The position numbers and the translations under genes are program-made. This document shows, piece by piece, positions 58,460 to 64,000 of a stretch of 64,000 bases of DNA (position 1 is the stretch's first letter; each line of letters starts with the position of its first letter). Below the pieces are notes generated by a model. The model was not told where the DNA came from and searched no databases. It was given only the letters and a program-made list of their open reading frames with translations. Source of the stretch: Leadbetterella byssophila (GTDB lineage: Bacteria; Bacteroidota; Bacteroidia; Cytophagales; Spirosomataceae); assembly GCA_040394735.1 (NCBI GenBank), contig JBEBRR010000007.1, positions 4,149 through 68,148 on the forward strand, in the 5' to 3' direction.

Positions 58460-59314
58460 ATGCCTTTAGACCAAGCCCACGTGGAAGATCAATTTGACGG
58501 AGAAAAGGAAATGACCTTTCTGGAACACCTGGAAGAGCTCCGGTGGCACCTCATCCGTTCGATAGCAGCTATATTTATCTTTATGGTGGTGGCCTGGTTT
58601 ATCAAGGAATGGGTATACGGTACCATCATCATGGGGCCGTCAAAGATAGATTTTTGGACCTACCGTAAAATGTGTGATATCGGGCAATTACTGCATATTG
58701 ACAGCCTCTGCCTGAAGGAGCTGAAGTTTGATGTGCAGAACCGGGAGATCTCCGGCCAGTTTATGCTTGCCATTACTTCTTCGGCCATCATTGGTCTGCT
58801 GATTGCATTTCCCTATGTGATATGGGAGATATGGTCATTTATCAAACCCGGTTTGCGTGCCGCGGAAAGAAGGGCTGCCCGGGGGGCCGTCTTCATTATC
58901 TCCCTGCTGTTTTTCTCTGGCGTTCTCTTCGGTTATTATATTGTAACGCCTTTCGCGGTTCACTTTATGGTGAACTTTCAGCTGGATCCGTCTATCGTTA
59001 ACCAGTACGATATCAAGAATTATCTTTCTATCCTCACTACACTCACCCTGGCCTGCGGGCTCATGTTCCAGTTGCCGGTGGTGATCATGGTGCTGACCAA
59101 GATCGGTATCGTAACGCCTGATTTTTTAAAGGAATACCGGAGACACGCTTTTGTGGTCATCCTGATCGTAGCAGCAGTGATTACGCCTTCGCCGGATGTG
59201 ATCAGTCAAATTTTAGTGGCTATTCCTCTTTATTTCCTGTTTGAAGTTAGTATCTTGGTATCCAATAGGATTTACAGGTCCAACCTCAAACAGCTTGAAG
59301 ATGAACACATTTAA
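58460..59314 (+). CDS. tatC: Twin-arginine translocase subunit TatC
   Basis: EMTFLEHLEELRWHL, W.FIKPGL...ER, FQLP, YRRHA, AAVITPSPD. Confidence 0.96.
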   Translation: MPLDQAHVEDQFDGEKEMTFLEHLEELRWHLIRSIAAIFIFMVVAWFIKEWVYGTIIMGPSKIDFWTYRKMCDIGQLLHIDSLCLKELKFDVQNREISGQFMLAITSSAIIGLLIAFPYVIWEIWSFIKPGLRAAERRAARGAVFIISLLFFSGVLFGYYIVTPFAVHFMVNFQLDPSIVNQYDIKNYLSILTTLTLACGLMFQLPVVIMVLTKIGIVTPDFLKEYRRHAFVVILIVAAVITPSPDVISQILVAIPLYFLFEVSILVSNRIYRSNLKQLEDEHI

Positions 59315-60422
59315 AAAATTAGCTTCTCCCCGAAGCCTGGCCGGCACACTGGTCTCCCTGGTTATTATTGTCTACATTGCGTATGTTCTGGAAGATGTGA
59401 TCGTGCCGTTTATTATTGCGGCGCTCTTTTCTTTCCTTCTCTATCCTCTATGTAATTACCTGGAAATCAAAGGAATCCCCAGGGTGATTTCTATTGTTGT
59501 AGGTATCATTATTATGAGCGCTGCGGTAGCAGGCCTGGTGTATATAGCATATACCCAGGTGGTCGGGCTGGACGACCTCTTCCCCCAGGTGGAAACCCGG
59601 TTTAACCAGTGGGTAAGTGATTTTGCAGGCATCCTGGGGAACTTCGGTATCAATAAGGAACAGATTATCACGGAGGGGCAGAAGCATATTTCCGAGGCAG
59701 TGAAAAGCGGCTCGAAATTCCTGGGAGCCACTATTGGAGGTACCTCCAACTTCCTGATGAGCATGGCGCTTCTGCCGCTGTATATCTTTTTGATGCTGAT
59801 GTACCGCGACTTCCTGAAAACCTTCGTTTTTAAATGGTTAAAGGACACCAGCAAGCATAAGATCGTAGCCACAATCAACAAGGTAAAAATGGTAGTTAGG
59901 GGTTATATCCTGGGCCTGATGCTGGTCATCCTGATCATAGGCACCCTGAACTCCGCGGCCTTATATATTATTGGTATTGAACATGCCCTGTTCTTCGGTT
60001 TCTTTGCCGCCTTCCTGGCTATTCTTCCTTATATCGGGGTGGCTATCGGCTCAGCGCTGCCTATCCTGGTGGCCCTCATCACCAAAGATTCCTACCTGGC
60101 AGCCCTGGCAGTGGCGGCATCATTTGCCGTGGTGCAGTTCCTGGAGGGTAATTTCATAACTCCTTATGTGGTAGGAAACCAGGTAAGCATCAATGCCCTG
60201 GTGGCCATTACAGCCCTGCTGCTCTTCGGCAAGCTCTGGGGAATAGGAGGGATGATTCTGGCGCTGCCCGTTACCGCTATTCTAAAGGTGATCTTTGACG
60301 CGAGTCCGCGACTGGAGGCCTGGGGCTTCCTCCTGGGCGATGCTGAAAATGAAGATGTCAGGCACGTCAAGAAGAACTTTAAGTTCCGGGAATTTTACGA
60401 TACTGTCAAGAGGAAAATCTGA
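59301..60422 (+). CDS. AI-2E family transporter
   Basis: PFIIA..FSFLLYP, LPYIG, QFLEGNFITP.VVG, LWGIGGMILALP. Confidence 0.9.
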   Translation: MNTFKKLASPRSLAGTLVSLVIIVYIAYVLEDVIVPFIIAALFSFLLYPLCNYLEIKGIPRVISIVVGIIIMSAAVAGLVYIAYTQVVGLDDLFPQVETRFNQWVSDFAGILGNFGINKEQIITEGQKHISEAVKSGSKFLGATIGGTSNFLMSMALLPLYIFLMLMYRDFLKTFVFKWLKDTSKHKIVATINKVKMVVRGYILGLMLVILIIGTLNSAALYIIGIEHALFFGFFAAFLAILPYIGVAIGSALPILVALITKDSYLAALAVAASFAVVQFLEGNFITPYVVGNQVSINALVAITALLLFGKLWGIGGMILALPVTAILKVIFDASPRLEAWGFLLGDAENEDVRHVKKNFKFREFYDTVKRKI

Positions 60423-61167
60423 CCAGCTGGTTAACCAGCACCTCAAAATCATTGGGATAAGGTGCAGTGATGCTTAGCAGGGTTTCATCCAGGTCTCTGA
60501 AGTGGATGGAATGGGCATGCAGCGCTACCCGTTTGATCAGGGGCAGTTCTTCCGTTTCTTCCTTCAAATTGAACTTCCGCTTGATCTGCGAAAGGAAGAT
60601 ATAGTCACCGTTATAGGTGGGGTCACATACAATAGGTGCATTGAGGCACTGAAGATGTACCCGTATCTGGTGCATCCGGCCGGTGATGGGAATACAGCGA
60701 ACCAGTGTATGCCGGGCAAATTTCTGTACGGTAAAGAAAACGGTTTCCGCCAGCTTGCCGCGTTGCCGGTCAATACGCACGGCTGTGCCGTCTTTCACAA
60801 CGGCAATGGGCAGGAATACGGATACGCTGTCAAAATCATGCACGCCGTTCACCACGGCATGGTACTCTTTCTGTACTTCCCGGTGCTCAAACTGCATGGA
60901 GAGGTGACGGTAAGCTTCCGGGTTTTTAGCCAGCACCAGGGCGCCGGAGGTTTCTTTATCCAGGCGGTGGCAAAGCTGGATATCATCATAATGCTCCCGG
61001 GCCAGCTTAAGGATGCTCAGGTTCCGGTCTGCTGTGCGCTCATCCAGGGAAGGCACAAAAGGCGGCTTATTGATCACCACGTAATTCTCGTTTTCAAAAA
61101 TGATAAGCTCTTTGAAATCAAGATTCCTGGGGGCTTTTTTAAATCGGCTTAAATCCAAATCGTTCAA
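60406..61167 (-). CDS. RluA-family pseudouridine synthase
   Basis: INKP, HRLDKETSG, TGRMHQIRVH, LHA; promoter box TAACTTTG 61178-61185. Confidence 0.93.
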   Translation of the reverse strand: MNDLDLSRFKKAPRNLDFKELIIFENENYVVINKPPFVPSLDERTADRNLSILKLAREHYDDIQLCHRLDKETSGALVLAKNPEAYRHLSMQFEHREVQKEYHAVVNGVHDFDSVSVFLPIAVVKDGTAVRIDRQRGKLAETVFFTVQKFARHTLVRCIPITGRMHQIRVHLQCLNAPIVCDPTYNGDYIFLSQIKRKFNLKEETEELPLIKRVALHAHSIHFRDLDETLLSITAPYPNDFEVLVNQLVRFSS

Positions 61168-61182
61168 CGTTTGGATGCAAAG

Positions 61183-62232
61183 TTACGAAGAAAAATCTTC
61201 TGCTGCCTGGGGCAGGGTAAAACTAAACGTAGTGCCGTGATCGGATTTGGAAATAACATCAATGCGGGTGTTGTGGGCATTCAGGATGTGCTTTACGATA
61301 GCCAGGCCCAGCCCGGTACCGCCTACTGCCCGTGAACGGCTTTTGTCTACGCGGTAAAAACGTTCAAAGATGCGCGGCAGGTGCTCAGGCGCGATTCCGA
61401 TTCCATTATCCGATACCCGGATCGTGACCTGCTTGTTTTCCTGGCTCAGCTCTACGGTTACCTTTCCCCCGTTTTTACCGTAGATGATTCCGTTGGAGAT
61501 GAGATTGCTGAGCACCTGGGTGATCCGTATGCGATCGGCTTTCACCTTTACACTTTTGACAGCTTTGGGTTTCAACGCCAATGTGATTTCGCGTTGTCCG
61601 GCTTTGTCCTCCAGCTGATCGAAAATATCGCGGACAACCTCTACAATGTTCACCTTATCCATCTGCATCCGGATATCTCCTGACTCCACCTGGGTCAGAA
61701 TAAGGATGTCTTTGACCAGCATTTCGAGCCCGTCCAGTGAGCGCGCGGCCTTATGGAGAAACTTATGGGATACTTCCGGATCTTCAATGGCCCCGTCCAG
61801 CAGGGTATGAATGAAACCCTGCGCCGCAAAGATGGGTGTTTTCAGATCATGCGATACGTCAGCTATAAATTCCCGCCGGAAGGTTTCCATACGCCGGAGC
61901 GTGTCGATTTCCTCTTCCTTCCGCGAAACGTAATTGGAGATTTCCCGGTTGAGCTTTTTCAGGGGGTTGACGCTTTTTATCAGGGATTTACGGGGAATGT
62001 CGAAATCCTTGATCTTCAGCTTCCGCAGGGAAAGATAAATGCTGTTCACTTCCTGGAAAACCAGCAGATCAATGACATAAAAGATCAGGAGAAAGGAAGA
62101 AATAAAAGCGCTGGCCCCGGTTACAAAGAGCATGGGACCGTTAACCCCTGACACAAAGCTGAGGAAGGCAACCGTAATGGCGGTGATCAGTACGGCGATC
62201 AGGAAGGAGATCCATCTCGGGGATAGCAGCAT
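61183..62232 (-). CDS. Sensor histidine kinase (PhoR-like)
   Basis: EFIADVSHDLKTP H-box, NLISNG, DNGIGI, IFERFYRVDKSRSR..GGTGLGL. Confidence 0.93.
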   Translation of the reverse strand: MLLSPRWISFLIAVLITAITVAFLSFVSGVNGPMLFVTGASAFISSFLLIFYVIDLLVFQEVNSIYLSLRKLKIKDFDIPRKSLIKSVNPLKKLNREISNYVSRKEEEIDTLRRMETFRREFIADVSHDLKTPIFAAQGFIHTLLDGAIEDPEVSHKFLHKAARSLDGLEMLVKDILILTQVESGDIRMQMDKVNIVEVVRDIFDQLEDKAGQREITLALKPKAVKSVKVKADRIRITQVLSNLISNGIIYGKNGGKVTVELSQENKQVTIRVSDNGIGIAPEHLPRIFERFYRVDKSRSRAVGGTGLGLAIVKHILNAHNTRIDVISKSDHGTTFSFTLPQAAEDFSS

Positions 62233-62264
62233 ACGTTTTGACCTTTAATCTCCAAAGATCCGTA

Positions 62265-62939
62265 TTAATCGGTAGTAAACATATACCCCACACCTTTTAA
62301 AGTGCCGATATATTTTTCCCCGATCTTCTCCCGCACTTTCCGGATATGCACGTCAATGGTGCGTTCTACCACGAAAATATCGGCTCCCCAGATCTTCTGA
62401 AGAAGAGATTCCCGGCTTTGTACCTTGTTCGGATGGGAAGCAAGATAGTACAGGATCTCGAACTCCTTCTTGGGCAGGATTTTTACGCTGCCGTCTTCTT
62501 TGGTAACCGAATAATTCTCTTTATTGATGGTAAGTCCGCCGATTTCCAGGATATTGCTGTCCGTATTTTTCTCGGTTTCTTTCCGGAACCAGGCCTGGAT
62601 CCGGCTTAGGAGGGCACGGGGCTTGATGGGTTTGGTGATGTAATCGTCTGCGCCGGCTTCGAAAGCCGCCACCTCGGAATATTCTTCCGCCCGGGCGGTG
62701 AGATAGATGAGATGGGTGTTTTTCAGCTCATTTTTAATGGCTTTCCCGGCCTGTATTCCGTCCATCACCGGCATCATAATGTCGATCAGAATGATGTCGG
62801 GCATGAATTGGCGGGCCACCTCCAGTCCTCTTAATCCGTTATCAGCCGACCTGACCTCGTAGTTTTCTTTTTCCAGATTGTAGATGAGAAGTTCAAGAAT
62901 ATCTTCATCATCATCAATAACCAGGATTTTACCGTTCAT
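62265..62939 (-). CDS. OmpR/PhoB-family response regulator
   Basis: IDDD, DIMMP, GADDYITKP, RTIDVHIRKVREK, GVGY. Confidence 0.95.
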   Translation of the reverse strand: MNGKILVIDDDEDILELLIYNLEKENYEVRSADNGLRGLEVARQFMPDIILIDIMMPVMDGIQAGKAIKNELKNTHLIYLTARAEEYSEVAAFEAGADDYITKPIKPRALLSRIQAWFRKETEKNTDSNILEIGGLTINKENYSVTKEDGSVKILPKKEFEILYYLASHPNKVQSRESLLQKIWGADIFVVERTIDVHIRKVREKIGEKYIGTLKGVGYMFTTD

Positions 62940-62962
62940 ACAATATTGGGATATTTCCGGTA

Positions 62963-63007
62963 CAAAATTATAAAGCTCTGGTAGTTTTTGTGTTAAGGGA
63001 GTATTAA
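62963..63007 (-). promoter_or_regulatory. TCS promoter with TTAATA-N5-TTAACA direct repeat
   Basis: -7 box TAATTTTG 62963-62970; hexamers at 62991-62996 and 63002-63007 (11-bp period). Confidence 0.5.
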
Positions 63008-63058
63008 ATTTCAGAGAGCAGCTAACAGGAAAATAGAGGCGAGGCCGTTATCAGTTTT

Positions 63059-63910
63059 TCATTTTTCATTCAGGCGCAGCCGGAATACCCCCCTTTGCTC
63101 ATTCGTGAAGAGCAGTGTCTCCGTTCCTTCAAACATAATCGCCTCCGTCTGCTTCCGGGCTATTTTGATACACGCGAGGGGAGAGCGGAAGCCGATCTGC
63201 CCGTTGGTGATATTGAACAGGAAAATCTTGCCATAAGAGATCAGGGCAAACCGGCTTTTGTCGGGGCTGATGGCTGCGCCGGTGATCTGGGCTTTCAGGA
63301 AAACCTCGTCACGCGGAGCCACTTCGTAATCGCCGGGACGATCCGGAAGTACGTACATACGACAGGCCCTGATGCCCGTTTCCCAGCTTTTGGTAAACAG
63401 GTAGAGTGAGTCATTGGCCCAGAAGAATGCTTCACAATCGTATTCTTTCTTTTCGCCGGGCTCAAAAGTCTGTCTCTCATAACGGAAAGTGATCTTCCGG
63501 GGGGCGGCTGTACCGGCAGAGGCGCCTCCTGCATATTTATAAATGGTGAGATCCTGCCGGCTATTGCCGTTATTCCCGAAATCGCCGATATACACATTTC
63601 CGGCCGGATCGGCAGTGATCTCCTCCCAGTCGCGGTTTACCGCGCCGGGAACCGGACGGGTGCTGATCAGCTCACCGTTTTTGCTGACCTCATAAATTTC
63701 GGGTTTCCCGCCTGAATCGTTCAGCATCAGGAAATGCTCTGACCAGGGTGAAGGACATATCCCGGAGCATTCATCCAGGATACGGTCAAGTGTGCCGGTC
63801 CGTTCCACCTTTAATTTTTGCTTTTCCATGCCGGTATTCCCCGCTTCATACCGGCAACTGACCATAGCCACCTTTGCAGCGAAGAAGAACATCAGCGCTT
63901 TCTGAAACAT
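63059..63910 (-). CDS. Hypothetical exported protein (probable beta-propeller)
   Basis: Possible lipobox VSC; motifs ECSG, NDSG, DWEEI, YIGDFGNN, DCEA, LFTK. Confidence 0.75.
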   Translation of the reverse strand: MFQKALMFFFAAKVAMVSCRYEAGNTGMEKQKLKVERTGTLDRILDECSGICPSPWSEHFLMLNDSGGKPEIYEVSKNGELISTRPVPGAVNRDWEEITADPAGNVYIGDFGNNGNSRQDLTIYKYAGGASAGTAAPRKITFRYERQTFEPGEKKEYDCEAFFWANDSLYLFTKSWETGIRACRMYVLPDRPGDYEVAPRDEVFLKAQITGAAISPDKSRFALISYGKIFLFNITNGQIGFRSPLACIKIARKQTEAIMFEGTETLLFTNEQRGVFRLRLNEK

Positions 63911-64000
63911 CAGACGGTTCTCAGTTTTTCGATTTCCCTTACCACATCCAGGATGCCTTTCAGCGGAATCTTTATCCAGGACCGCCGGTTCCTGATCTCG
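63910..64000 (-). CDS. 3' end of unidentified CDS (...EIRNRRSWIKIPLKGILDVVREIEKLRTV*)
   Basis: Open frame from the window edge; its TGA overlaps the next ATG (TGATG). Confidence 0.6.
   Translation of the reverse strand, partial: EIRNRRSWIKIPLKGILDVVREIEKLRTV

Noticed and set aside
60406-60422. 17-bp convergent overlap of AI-2E and RluA genes
   Set aside because: Short tail-to-tail overlaps are common; no evidence of function.

Overview
Core-chromosome window of a Bacteroidota, probably Cytophagales/Spirosomataceae-like. The lineage call is an inference from the many TAnnTTTG -7 promoter boxes, A-rich Shine-Dalgarno-less starts, and the birA/rsfS/ftsH and DUF4290/murA synteny. It carries about 45 CDSs. 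Housekeeping genes: partial hutH, lysS, murA, mutS, ftsH, rsfS, birA, queD-like, lpxB, sufB, mtgA, glyA, tatC and an RluA-family gene. Other modules: a 4-hydroxyproline catabolic operon ending in a secreted DUF885 protein, a small glycan-modification cluster, GH78 and GH63-like glycosidases, a sugar porter followed by a decayed GH32 gene, an RND efflux operon, a Mef-like MFS pump divergent from a pentapeptide-repeat gene, and a PhoB/PhoR-like two-component system. I found no rRNA, tRNA, CRISPR array, transposase or phage gene. The most interesting signals are small or unannotated: (1) a 14-codon leader peptide with an Arg-Asp-Arg (+X+) macrolide-stalling-type motif upstream of the Mef-like pump; (2) an uncharacterised secreted protein with a papain/C39-like Q-C-H-D motif, translationally coupled to a lipoprotein; (3) a 27-aa acidic small ORF with its own terminator; (4) shared 11-bp-period TTTTAAGG boxes upstream of yceI and the RND operon; (5) several REP-like repeat families. 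None of these is proven novel without database searches.
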